A DNA stretch of 64,000 bases. It comes from Pseudomonadota bacterium (GTDB lineage: Bacteria; Pseudomonadota; Alphaproteobacteria; DSM-16000; Inquilinaceae). This document shows, one piece after another, positions 56,146-64,000 of this stretch. Where the stretch lies: contig JBCBSH010000001.1 of the NCBI GenBank assembly GCA_039819285.1, positions 402 to 64,401 of the forward strand, written 5' to 3'. The notes under the pieces were generated by a model. That model was given only the letters and a program-made list of their open reading frames with translations, did not search any database and was not told the DNA's origin. A program made the translations under genes and the position numbers. Positions within the stretch are counted from its first letter, which is position 1; each line of letters opens with the position of its first letter.

Positions 56146-58464
56146 CTATTCGGCCGCTTGATCGATACGCCGGTCTTGGATCGCTCGCCAGACTGATGAC
56201 GGGGTCGCCGGCATGTCGATGTGATCGATGCCGTGAACGGACACGGCGTCAACCAGGGCATTGATGATTGCTGGTGGAGCACCGATCGCCCCGGCTTCGC
56301 CGGCCCCCTTGACGCCCAGCGGATTGGTCTTGCAGGGGATCTCATTGTAGCGGAAATCCACGAACGGCAAGCTGTCGGCACGCGGCATGGCATAGTCCAT
56401 GAACGAACCGCTGAGAAGCTGGCCGGAGTCCTCGTCATACACGGTCTTCTCCAGCAGCGCCTGGCCAATGCCTTGTGCGATACCGCCATGGACCTGGCCG
56501 GCCACGAGCAGCGGGTTCAGCACCTTGCCGAAATCGTCCACGACGGTATAGCGCAGGATCTCGACAGTGCCGGTGTCCGGGTCGACCTCCAACTCGCAGA
56601 TATGCGCCCCGTTGGGAAAGGTCGAGGCGGGCGGCTTGAAATCGCCTTGCTCGTCAAAGGCGACGTCTTCGCCCAGATCGTCCGCGATCTCGGCCAACGT
56701 TACCGACCGATCGGTGCCGACGATGGTGAACCGGCCGTCTTCCAGCGCGATGTCAGCGGCGGCGGCCTCCATCATGTCGGCGGCTCTTGCCTTGGCGCGC
56801 TCCTGAATCTTCAGGGCCGCATCGGCGACATTGGCGCCGCCGACCGGGATCGCGCGCGATCCGCCGACGCCAGAGCCGGTGGGCATAGCGTCCGTGTCGC
56901 CCTGGATGATGGTGATGTCGTCGAAATCGACACCGAGATGTTCGGAAATGATCTGCTTGAAGCCGGTCTCGTGGCCTTGGCCGTTGGTTTGGCTGCCCAC
57001 GGTGAGCACAACGCGGCCGTCGCCCTTGACACTGACCAGCGCATATTCCGATCCGCCACCACCGCAGGCCTCGACATAGGTCGCCAGGCCAATGCCACGC
57101 AACTTGCCTCGCTCGGCGGCCTCTGCGCGACGATGCTCGAAATCATGCCAGTCCGCCGCCTCCAGCGCGTCGTCCATGTTGCGCGCGAACTCGCCTGAAT
57201 CGTAGGTGAGACCGGTCGCTGTCGTGTGCGGCATGGCCTCCGGCGGAATGTAGTTCCGACGCCGGATCTCGGCCGGAGAAATGCCCAGCTCGCGGGCCGC
57301 CTTGTCGACGATCCTTTCGACCGTAAACGCGGCTTCCGGCCGGCCGGCGCCGCGATAGGCATCGACCGGCTGGGTGTTTGTGAAGACGCCACGAACCCGG
57401 CTGTGTACCCGTTGGATCGTATAAAGGCCGCTTAACATGCGGTTGCCGGCATTGGTCGCAACGAACGGCCCGAAATTGGACAGATAACCGCCGAGATTGG
57501 CGATCGTGTCGACGCGCAAGGCCAGAAACTTGCCGTCCGCGTCCACCGCCAGCTCTGCGTGGGTGACGTTGTCGCGACCGTGATCGTCGCTGACGAAGGC
57601 TTCGCTGCGTTCGGCGGCCCATTTCACGGGTCGGCCCAAGACGCGCGCGGCGTGCAAGGTGGCGGGGTACTCGGGATACAGGAAGATCTTCATGCCAAAG
57701 CCGCCGCCGACATCCGGCGTCAGCACGCGCATGGATTCCGGATCGACGTTCAACACGTCCTTGGTGATCCGGTCTTTGATGTTGTGGGCACCCTGGCTCG
57801 AAACTGTGAAGGTGAACCGTTCGGTCGCCGGGTCGTATTCCGCCAGACAGGCACGGCCTTCCATCGGGCTGGACACGACCCGGTTGTTCACATGGTCAAG
57901 CGTGATGATCCTGTGCGCCCGGTCGAACAGCGCGTTCGTCTCGGCCTCGTGGCCCAGTTCCCAGTCGAAGACCAGATTGCGCGGCGCCTCGGGCCAGATC
58001 TGGGGCGCGCCGTTCCGCAGCGCGGCGGCTGGATCGACCACCGCGTCGATCGGGTCATAGTCGATCATAACCAGGTCGGCGGCGTCTTTCGCTTGGGCCA
58101 GCGTTTCGGCCACGATCATGATGACCGGATCGCCGACATGGCGAACCTGATCGACCGCCAGGTTCGGGCGCGGCGGCTCCGCCATCGCGCTGCCGTCCCG
58201 GTTGGTCAGGCGCGCGTAGGTCGGGATGCCGGAAATGCCCGCCTGCGTCAGGTCTTCGCCGGTAAAGACACCGACGACGCCTGGCGCTTCGGCGGCTTCG
58301 CCGAGGTCGATCTCCGTGATCATTGCATTGGCGAACGGGGATCGGACGAAGAAGGCTTGCAACTGGCCGTCGGGCTTAATGTCGTCCGTGTAGCGGCCGC
58401 TACCGGTGATCAGCTTGGGATCCTCGGTACGCGGAACTGATTGTCCGATGCCGAATTTTGCCAT
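56146..58464 (-). CDS. Molybdopterin-binding large subunit of the xanthine dehydrogenase/CO dehydrogenase family (form II CoxL-like)
   Basis: It contains GQSVPRTEDPKLITGSGRYTDD, the active-site loop VDAYRGAGRPE (AYRGAGR type) and GEAGAIGAPPAI. Confidence 0.85.
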   Translation of the reverse strand: MAKFGIGQSVPRTEDPKLITGSGRYTDDIKPDGQLQAFFVRSPFANAMITEIDLGEAAEAPGVVGVFTGEDLTQAGISGIPTYARLTNRDGSAMAEPPRPNLAVDQVRHVGDPVIMIVAETLAQAKDAADLVMIDYDPIDAVVDPAAALRNGAPQIWPEAPRNLVFDWELGHEAETNALFDRAHRIITLDHVNNRVVSSPMEGRACLAEYDPATERFTFTVSSQGAHNIKDRITKDVLNVDPESMRVLTPDVGGGFGMKIFLYPEYPATLHAARVLGRPVKWAAERSEAFVSDDHGRDNVTHAELAVDADGKFLALRVDTIANLGGYLSNFGPFVATNAGNRMLSGLYTIQRVHSRVRGVFTNTQPVDAYRGAGRPEAAFTVERIVDKAARELGISPAEIRRRNYIPPEAMPHTTATGLTYDSGEFARNMDDALEAADWHDFEHRRAEAAERGKLRGIGLATYVEACGGGGSEYALVSVKGDGRVVLTVGSQTNGQGHETGFKQIISEHLGVDFDDITIIQGDTDAMPTGSGVGGSRAIPVGGANVADAALKIQERAKARAADMMEAAAADIALEDGRFTIVGTDRSVTLAEIADDLGEDVAFDEQGDFKPPASTFPNGAHICELEVDPDTGTVEILRYTVVDDFGKVLNPLLVAGQVHGGIAQGIGQALLEKTVYDEDSGQLLSGSFMDYAMPRADSLPFVDFRYNEIPCKTNPLGVKGAGEAGAIGAPPAIINALVDAVSVHGIDHIDMPATPSSVWRAIQDRRIDQAAE

Positions 58465-58769
58465 GGCGTTCGCCTGTCGCTATCGGGGCGCCGGAGCAAC
58501 GCCGGCGATGGGGTCTGCTAAGTTTGCGTCTAACATCGCTATCGGAGGCCAACCGGTCAACGCTGTCACCGCAATTGAGCGCTCATGATAGCATTGCATC
58601 GTTCGCCCCCACCAACCTGGAAGCTTAGCGCGGTGGGGCGGTTAGGTCGATTTGATCCGTTTGTGCCTACCGGTCGGCGGTCCAGGTCTGGGGGCGCCGA
58701 AAGCCACCTTTTCCGATGCATCCAGTTGCAACGAACCAGCCGAGAATTACAGCCTTTTCAAGACAAGAG

Positions 58770-58886
58770 TCAGTCGCGACCGCCGGCGGTTAGGCCAAGA
58801 TAAATTGCGAGAAAGAAAAAGATCGGGACCAAAACTAACACCGCAAGCTGAATCCAATCCAAACCTAGAAATACAATCTCCGACAT
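58770..58886 (-). CDS. Putative 38-aa single-TM membrane peptide
   Basis: The sequence is MSEIVFLGLDWIQLAVLVLVPIFFFLAIYLGLTAGGRD. AAAGGA lies about 7 nt upstream of the ATG, and the peptide sits in a low-GC spacer. Confidence 0.35.
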   Translation of the reverse strand: MSEIVFLGLDWIQLAVLVLVPIFFFLAIYLGLTAGGRD

Positions 58887-59144
58887 TTTCAGTCCTTTTG
58901 GGCCATATCTGTTGTGGGAACTGTCTGAGGCCACGCGCCGGGCAAGAGCGATAACCATAGCAAGCCTGTCCCGACATTCCGATACACTTTCTTGGCAAGG
59001 CAGACCTTTCCGCCTGCAAACCGCCAAATAGTTTTGTTTCTGTGATATGGGTTATGCATTCGATGTAATATATACGAGTGGAAGCTACCCTCGGTAGTAG
59101 AAAACGACCATGCGTAACGCCGCCTTACAAAGGAGACACTGTCA

Positions 59145-59900
59145 ATGCCGGCCATGCGTCTTGCAAACGAAATCGCCGACCTCGTCAGACGTTCTGGGGC
59201 TCAAGTCGAGGTTCGACCTGGTGTGGAAGGGTTCAAGACCGTCGCGTTTGCCGTCGAAGGCAAGCGCAGCGGCAACCCGGAGTTCGATCCGGACCTTCAC
59301 CCGCTGACCCCAGCGAACAGTTTTTGGATCCGGTTTCGCGAGCCGGACGACTCGACAATCGCGTTCATCGCGGCGCGCCTGATCAAGACTGACAGTCTGC
59401 GGGAAATGGCGGCGGATCGTAGTCTTTGGTATGGCGACATGATCCGGTTTCGCGAACCGCTGGACGTGGTGTCGGATCCGAACGATCCGGTGTTGAACGG
59501 CGATGTTGTTCTGGATGGTTCCATGTGGGTCGATCCCAGCTATCGGGGGCGGGCTTACTCCTGGTGCCTTAGCCGGATGCTGCGGTGCGTGGCGTGCGAT
59601 CTCTGGGACCCGGATCACTATTTCGGCTTCTCGCTAGCGAGGCTCGCGAAGAGTCGATTGCCTGTTTACAGCTATGGCTATGCCAGCATTGATCACTTCG
59701 CCCGCGACTATCTAGTTCCCGGGTTACCGCGTTGCGACCTCTACATCACGCCGTTGAACCGCCAGCAGGCGAAGGTTCAGTTCGCCATGGATCTGGCGTT
59801 CCTGCAGGCCAGCCCGAACCTTGTGCTCGACCGCGACTTCTCACAATCGCTGAAGCAACATGGCGTCGAGGTAGCCGGCGAAATGGCCGCCGCCGGGTAG
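59145..59900 (+). CDS. Hypothetical protein (251 aa), weak GNAT-like motif
   Basis: AAAGGAGA lies upstream of the ATG. VDPSYRGRAYSWCLSRML resembles the GNAT acyl-CoA-binding motif A. No confident family was assigned. Confidence 0.6.
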   Translation: MPAMRLANEIADLVRRSGAQVEVRPGVEGFKTVAFAVEGKRSGNPEFDPDLHPLTPANSFWIRFREPDDSTIAFIAARLIKTDSLREMAADRSLWYGDMIRFREPLDVVSDPNDPVLNGDVVLDGSMWVDPSYRGRAYSWCLSRMLRCVACDLWDPDHYFGFSLARLAKSRLPVYSYGYASIDHFARDYLVPGLPRCDLYITPLNRQQAKVQFAMDLAFLQASPNLVLDRDFSQSLKQHGVEVAGEMAAAG

Positions 59901-59927
59901 AACACGGCGCAACCGGCTGCACAGGCA

Positions 59928-59962
59928 CCGGCCGTTCACGGGCAAGAACCGTGGACGGCCGG
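59928..59962. terminator. Long hairpin between convergent genes
   Basis: CCGGCCGTTCACGG-GCAAGAA-CCGTGGACGGCCGG forms a 14-bp stem with one mismatch. Confidence 0.55.
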
Positions 59963-59969
59963 GTTGTGA

Positions 59970-61328
59970 CTACGAGATCGGGGTGGCGGCTCGCCGCAGA
60001 TAGCCCAGCTGACGCAAGCTGGCAAAGCTGTCGCGTGTGACGATCAGATGATCGTGCAGTTCGATATCGACGCTGTTGGCGGCGTATTTCAGGTCGCGCG
60101 AGAACTGAATATCCGCGGCCGAAGGGGTCGGGTCGTCTGACGGGTGATTGTGCACCAGCACCACGCCGCTGGCGTCCAGATTCAGGGCGCGCTTGATGAT
60201 CTCGCGCGACTCAACGGGTGCGAAGGCGTTGCTGCCGCGGCTGATCTGCTCGTCGTGGATCAAGCGCAGCTTGTTGTCGACGAACAGGGCGCGCACGACC
60301 TCAACGGATCTGTGGCCGACCCGCGCGCGGCAATAGACCAGCAGTTCGTCCAAGCTTTTTAGAAGCGGCTTGTCGACCAGATCCCGACGGATGATTCGGG
60401 TGGCCATTTCACCAGCGGCCTTTAGTTGCGCGATACTGCCGTATGAGAGGTTGCCGATGTCCTTCAAGCGCTGGGGCTCTGCATTGATCACCTCAGCCAG
60501 ATTGCCAAAAGTCGAAACCAGTCGGGCGGCGGTGGCCCTCGGATCAATACGCGGAAAGATCTGGATCAGGAATTGCTCAAGTAGGGCGGTGTCGTCCAGC
60601 TTGTCGAAGATGTCCGGGTCTAGCCCGACGATCGCGTCGTTCGCCTGCTCGACATTGGCATAGCCACCATGCGCCGGGCGCCGGTCCTGGAAGTGAAAGG
60701 GCGCGACCTGCCTGTCGGTCGAACACTCTTGCAGTCGGACGACCGTCATCAGATGGGTGCAGCGCCGTTCGTTGTTCGATCCAAGCGGCATAATCAACCG
60801 CGCGAAGCGGCGAGAGACACCACCCGTGCCGAGCGAGATTTCCATGAAGCTACAGCGGCGCAGGAACGCGGCGGTGGAATAGTCGACCATGACCGCCTCG
60901 GCCATAATCGGGTCCGGATAGTGCTTCACCAGCTTGCCGCTCAGGTCCTCACCCGCCAAACGCGCCTCGCGATCGAATTCGACGAAGGCGTACCGGTCGG
61001 GATCGCCGGTTTGAACGTCGATGAGGTGCTTTTGAAGCCCGTCCTTCTTGGATTTGAAGGAGGCAAGCATGTCCTGGTGGCGCGGCAGCCGATCGGTTGA
61101 GCTGTGGCCCTGCCACTGTTCGTAGATCTGGGCGAAGTCCGGCAGCGCCTCGACGGCCTCGATGCCATATTCGTCGCGCCGCAACAGGCAGTTGCCGTTG
61201 GCGGCCAATCGCTCGCTAAAGCCAATGAGGAATCGGCTGATCTGCGGGCGGGCTATAGGGCGTAGTCGCAGCACCGGTCGTTTACCGTAGCGTCCGTCGG
61301 CAGTGATTATCGATCTTGGCGACTGCAT
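59970..61328 (-). CDS. RadC family protein (HhH + JAB/MPN) with an additional roughly 220-aa N-terminal PAS_5-like domain
   Basis: The C-terminal half carries LVSTFGNLAEVINAEPQRL..IGNLSYGSIAQLKAAGE (HhH) and VVLVHNHPSDDPTPSAADIQFSRDL...HDHLIV (JAB HxH...S..D). The N-terminal half carries PDRYAFVEFDREARLAGEDLSGK....YSTAAFLRRCSFME......RRFARLIMPLG, resembling alphaproteobacterial PAS_5 proteins. Confidence 0.8.
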   Translation of the reverse strand: MQSPRSIITADGRYGKRPVLRLRPIARPQISRFLIGFSERLAANGNCLLRRDEYGIEAVEALPDFAQIYEQWQGHSSTDRLPRHQDMLASFKSKKDGLQKHLIDVQTGDPDRYAFVEFDREARLAGEDLSGKLVKHYPDPIMAEAVMVDYSTAAFLRRCSFMEISLGTGGVSRRFARLIMPLGSNNERRCTHLMTVVRLQECSTDRQVAPFHFQDRRPAHGGYANVEQANDAIVGLDPDIFDKLDDTALLEQFLIQIFPRIDPRATAARLVSTFGNLAEVINAEPQRLKDIGNLSYGSIAQLKAAGEMATRIIRRDLVDKPLLKSLDELLVYCRARVGHRSVEVVRALFVDNKLRLIHDEQISRGSNAFAPVESREIIKRALNLDASGVVLVHNHPSDDPTPSAADIQFSRDLKYAANSVDIELHDHLIVTRDSFASLRQLGYLRRAATPIS

Positions 61329-61365
61329 ATACCAGCCTGCGCAAGATTAATCGACGTAATCGTTC

Positions 61366-61412
61366 AAAAAAGAGGCAGAAAAAAGGGAATGCCGCCCAAA
61401 AAAGGACGGCAC
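61366..61412 (-). terminator. Rho-independent terminator after the XRE gene
   Basis: On the minus strand, GTGCCGTCC-TTTTTT-GGGCGGCAT forms a 9-bp stem (2 G-U pairs). It is followed by TCCCTTTTTTCTGCCTCTTTTTTG. Confidence 0.65.
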
Positions 61413-61465
61413 TCTACATGTGTGGGTTGTTTGTCTTTTGATTGACTACTTTAATTGGGGAACTG

Positions 61466-61882
61466 CTATTCCGTCTCGCCGATTGCCCGCAAGAGGCCGA
61501 CATACCGGTTGCGCAGCTTTTCATCATGGATGGCGTAGTAGGCCTCGACCAACTCGTTGGTTTCGCGGTCCATATGGGCGTCGAAGACATCGCTGGCGGA
61601 TTCCGCAACGCCGGCCGGGATACCCTCGATGTTTTCGTCAACACCTTCGAAAAAGAAGCCGACAGGAACACCCAGAAATTCGGCGAACCGCCAAAGCTTG
61701 CCGGCGCCGATGCGGTTGGCGCCCTTCTCGTATTTCTGAACCTGTTGGAAGGAAAGGCCGACGGCGTTGCCTAGCTTTTCCTGGGACAAACCCAGCATTC
61801 TGCGCCGCAAACGAATTCTGGCGCCGACATATGTATCGACGGGGTTGGGACCCTCGTCCTTGTCGGCCATACGACTTGCCAT
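61466..61882 (-). CDS. XRE (Cro/CI) family helix-turn-helix transcriptional regulator
   Basis: It contains VGARIRLRRRMLGLSQEKLGNAVGLSFQQVQKYEKGANRI. GAGGAG lies 9 nt upstream of the ATG at 61882. Confidence 0.85.
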   Translation of the reverse strand: MASRMADKDEGPNPVDTYVGARIRLRRRMLGLSQEKLGNAVGLSFQQVQKYEKGANRIGAGKLWRFAEFLGVPVGFFFEGVDENIEGIPAGVAESASDVFDAHMDRETNELVEAYYAIHDEKLRNRYVGLLRAIGETE

Positions 61883-61902
61883 AACGAAATTCTCCTCAAT
61901 GA

Positions 61903-62053
61903 AATTCGGTGATTTGCATACTTACGATAATTAACGACGGTTTTACTGCACCCGTCCTGCGGGTCAAGAGATAATCCAACTCAATCGTCACAATTCGGTT
62001 ATTTTGGGTTGCTCCGTTCAATTGCAAGTCCGAATAGGTCTCAATTCGGTGAT
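61903..62053 (+). repeat. Three dispersed copies of the 11-mer AATTCGGTGAT (one variant, AATTCGGTTAT)
   Basis: The copies lie at 61903-61913, 61992-62002 (variant) and 62043-62053. Each is preceded within a few nt by CTCAA or TCAC. All lie in the low-GC leader upstream of the XRE gene. Confidence 0.6.
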
Positions 62054-62284
62054 AAGAACGATTCTCAAGTCGTCTCCGAAATGGGCCAAGAGCACAGTCT
62101 CAACTATAGTCGACAATCGCGAATTCGCGCGAACGCGACGAAGGCCGGTATTCGAAGTCTGGGGCCAGTTTCGTCTTTGCCGCGATAGCGGCGATGGATC
62201 GTGGACCGGCAGTTGATTGGCATCGCTGTTTGTCCGAAACAGTGAAGACGCCGGGCCTGCCCAAGTCGCGTCAAACCGGTGCCG

Positions 62285-63583
62285 TCAGTCCAGCCCGGCC
62301 ATCCTGGGTATCCAAAGAACCAGGTCCGGCACATAGGTGATCAACAGCAGCAGGGCCACCAGGACCGCGACGAAGATCCAGATCTCGCGGATCATCTGGC
62401 CCAGTGGAATGCCGTTCAGCGCCTTGATGATGAACAGCAGGATGCCGAGCGGCGGTGTGATCAGGCCGATCATCATGTTGAACACCAGTACGACGCCCAG
62501 ATGCACCAGGTCGATGCCCAGCGCGGCGGCAGCCGGAATGAACAGCGGCGTGACCACCAGCATGATGGTCGACACGTCCAGCACGCAGCCCAGCAGCAGG
62601 TAGAGAACGTTCAGCAGAAGCAGGAACATGGCCGGCGTCAGGTCGAGCTGTTGAAACAGCTCGAACACGGCCTGCGGCAGCCGCTCGATCGTGACCACAT
62701 AGTTGAAGATGAACGCGCCGCCCAGAATGATGGTGACCACGGCGGTCGTGCGCGCCGTTGCGATCACGACATCGAGGAATTCCTTCCAGCCCAGCGTGCG
62801 GTAACCGAAGACCGCCAGCAGCAGGGCGTAGAACGCGGACACCGCCGCTGCCTCGGTCGGCGTAAAGGCGCCGGTATAGATGCCGCCCAACAGCAGCGCG
62901 GGCATGAACAGGGGCGGCAGCGCGCGCAGGATAATGATCGGAAACTGGCGCAGCGGTATGGCGTTCTCGACCGGGAAGCCCCGGATCTTGGCCATCACCA
63001 TCACCATGGTGCCGAGCGCCAGGCAGATCATGATCGCCGGGATCATGCCGCCCAGGAACAAGGCTCCGACCGAGGTGGACGAGATCAGCGCATAAAACAC
63101 CATCGGGATCGACGGCGGGAAGATCGGGCCGACCACGGCCGAAGCGGCGGTGACCGCGCCGGCGAACCCGGCCGGATAGCGGTCCTTGTCGGTCATCATA
63201 TTGACCAGGACCTTGCCGACCCCGGCGACGTCGGACACCGCGCTGCCGCTCATGCCGGAAAAGATCAGGCTGGTGGCGATGTTGACCTGGGCCAGGCCGC
63301 CGGGCAGGCGGCCGACCATGGCCAGCGCGAAATCGAGCAGCCGGTCGGTGATCTTGCCGGCGTTCATCAGATTGGCTGCGAAGATGAACAGGGGCACGGC
63401 CAGCGCGACGAAATTGTCGAAAATGCCGTTCAGCACCTGTTCGGAGGCCAGCCCGACGTCGCGGCCCACCATCAGCAGATAGAAGACGCTGGAAACGATC
63501 ATCGAAATGCCGATCGGCATGCCGGCGACCGTGGTCCCGACCAGGATGGCCAGCATGATGATAAAGGCGTATTCGGCCAGCAT
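62285..63583 (-). CDS. dctM: TRAP transporter large permease subunit
   Basis: The 432-aa polytopic protein reads MLAEYAFIIMLAILVGT... and shows the DctM pattern. Its start overlaps the dctQ stop (TGATG). Confidence 0.88.
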   Translation of the reverse strand: MLAEYAFIIMLAILVGTTVAGMPIGISMIVSSVFYLLMVGRDVGLASEQVLNGIFDNFVALAVPLFIFAANLMNAGKITDRLLDFALAMVGRLPGGLAQVNIATSLIFSGMSGSAVSDVAGVGKVLVNMMTDKDRYPAGFAGAVTAASAVVGPIFPPSIPMVFYALISSTSVGALFLGGMIPAIMICLALGTMVMVMAKIRGFPVENAIPLRQFPIIILRALPPLFMPALLLGGIYTGAFTPTEAAAVSAFYALLLAVFGYRTLGWKEFLDVVIATARTTAVVTIILGGAFIFNYVVTIERLPQAVFELFQQLDLTPAMFLLLLNVLYLLLGCVLDVSTIMLVVTPLFIPAAAALGIDLVHLGVVLVFNMMIGLITPPLGILLFIIKALNGIPLGQMIREIWIFVAVLVALLLLITYVPDLVLWIPRMAGLD

Positions 63584-64000
63584 CAGATGTAGTCGGGCCA
63601 GCGCCTGCCAAGGAGGCCGCGCAAACGCCAGCCGCTCTGCGCGGCAAAGGCGATCAGAAAGATGAAAAAGACGCCGAAGACCCAGACCCTGGGGATGCGC
63701 AGGACCGAGGTCCGCCTACGCGTCAGGAATTCCAGATAGTCCCAGGTCGGCGCCAGCAGCAGCACGAAGGCCACGATCAGGAAGATCAGCGAGATCGCCG
63801 CCAGCCAGCGGCGTGTTCGCGCCGAGACGCTGTCGTAGACGATGTCGAACGAGACATGTTCCTGTTCCTTCACCATGAAGGCGGCGGCCCAGAACACCGT
63901 CCACATATAGGCGATCATCGTGTACTCCTCCGACCACGCGACCGGGCTGTCGAGCACGTAGCGGAAGAAGACCTGAAGGATGATGCCGGCGAACGTCGCC
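63583..64000 (-). CDS. dctQ: TRAP transporter small permease subunit, 5' end outside the window
   Basis: The reading frame continues to the window edge (..ATFAGIILQVFFRYVLDSPVAWSEEY..). It has about 4 TM segments and sits directly upstream of dctM. Confidence 0.8.
   Translation of the reverse strand, partial: ATFAGIILQVFFRYVLDSPVAWSEEYTMIAYMWTVFWAAAFMVKEQEHVSFDIVYDSVSARTRRWLAAISLIFLIVAFVLLLAPTWDYLEFLTRRRTSVLRIPRVWVFGVFFIFLIAFAAQSGWRLRGLLGRRWPDYI

Noticed and set aside
58465-58769. A spacer upstream of the CoxL-like gene, checked for a tRNA fragment or att site that would mark an island boundary. It contains the imperfect inverted repeat CGCCCCCACC...GGTGGGGCG.
   Set aside because: It has no T-loop (GGTTCGAATCC-like) or CCA end. 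I could find no matching direct repeat at the other end of the islet by eye.
62271-63647. 458-aa (minus) and 437-aa (plus) alternative-frame ORFs overlapping dctM.
   Set aside because: Their sequences are Arg/Gly/His/Asp-rich and non-membrane. The third frame gives a canonical DctM polytopic protein.
1-64000. A window-wide look for CRISPR arrays, rRNA and tRNA genes, IS elements or transposases, integrases, and known defence-system hallmarks.
   Set aside because: None was recognised. The only repeats found are short regulatory-type repeats, and I saw no nuclease, helicase or methylase clusters typical of defence islands.

Overview
This is a high-GC chromosomal window whose gene order looks alphaproteobacterial (inference). 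I call about 62 protein-coding genes at high coding density. I found no rRNA, tRNA, CRISPR array, transposase or integrase.

Core blocks:
- M23 peptidase and bactofilin.
- slt, an alpha/beta hydrolase and a threonine dehydratase (minus strand), divergent from dapA-smpB.
- A NYN/LabA gene divergent from rpoZ-spoT-acpS-lepB-rnc-era-recO-parC-bioY.

Accessory and metabolic genes:
- A eukaryote-type (GLS-like) glutaminase with an EF-hand-like N-terminus and ankyrin C-terminus.
- A CadI/ArsI gene plus a SigZ-type ECF sigma factor.
- An RpiR regulator with an Fe3+/thiamine-type ABC importer and a histidine phosphatase.
- An AttFGH-like ABC/FtsX/lipocalin set.
- An IlvD/Edd dehydratase plus a 2-hydroxyacid dehydrogenase.
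- Two ArsR modules, a MocR regulator, an acyl-CoA dehydrogenase and Sua5.
- An orphan ParA-like ATPase, an NCS2 permease, CysQ, and a form-II CoxL-like molybdoenzyme subunit.
- TRAP transporter genes dctQ and dctM.

Most unusual loci:
1. 22.5-27.4 kb: a PKMT-type methyltransferase (SAM methyltransferase domain plus 'methyltransferase regulatory' domain) is followed by a 777-aa protein of unknown function. That protein has no signal peptide, is rich in cysteine and tryptophan, and contains an internally duplicated 40-residue motif.
2. 58.5-62.3 kb: a lower-GC islet. It holds a 38-aa membrane peptide, a 251-aa orphan protein, a RadC (HhH+JAB) protein with an extra roughly 220-aa PAS_5-like N-terminal domain, and an XRE regulator. 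The XRE gene is preceded by a 400-nt leader carrying three copies of an 11-mer.

All functional calls come from motif recognition by eye. None has been checked against a database.
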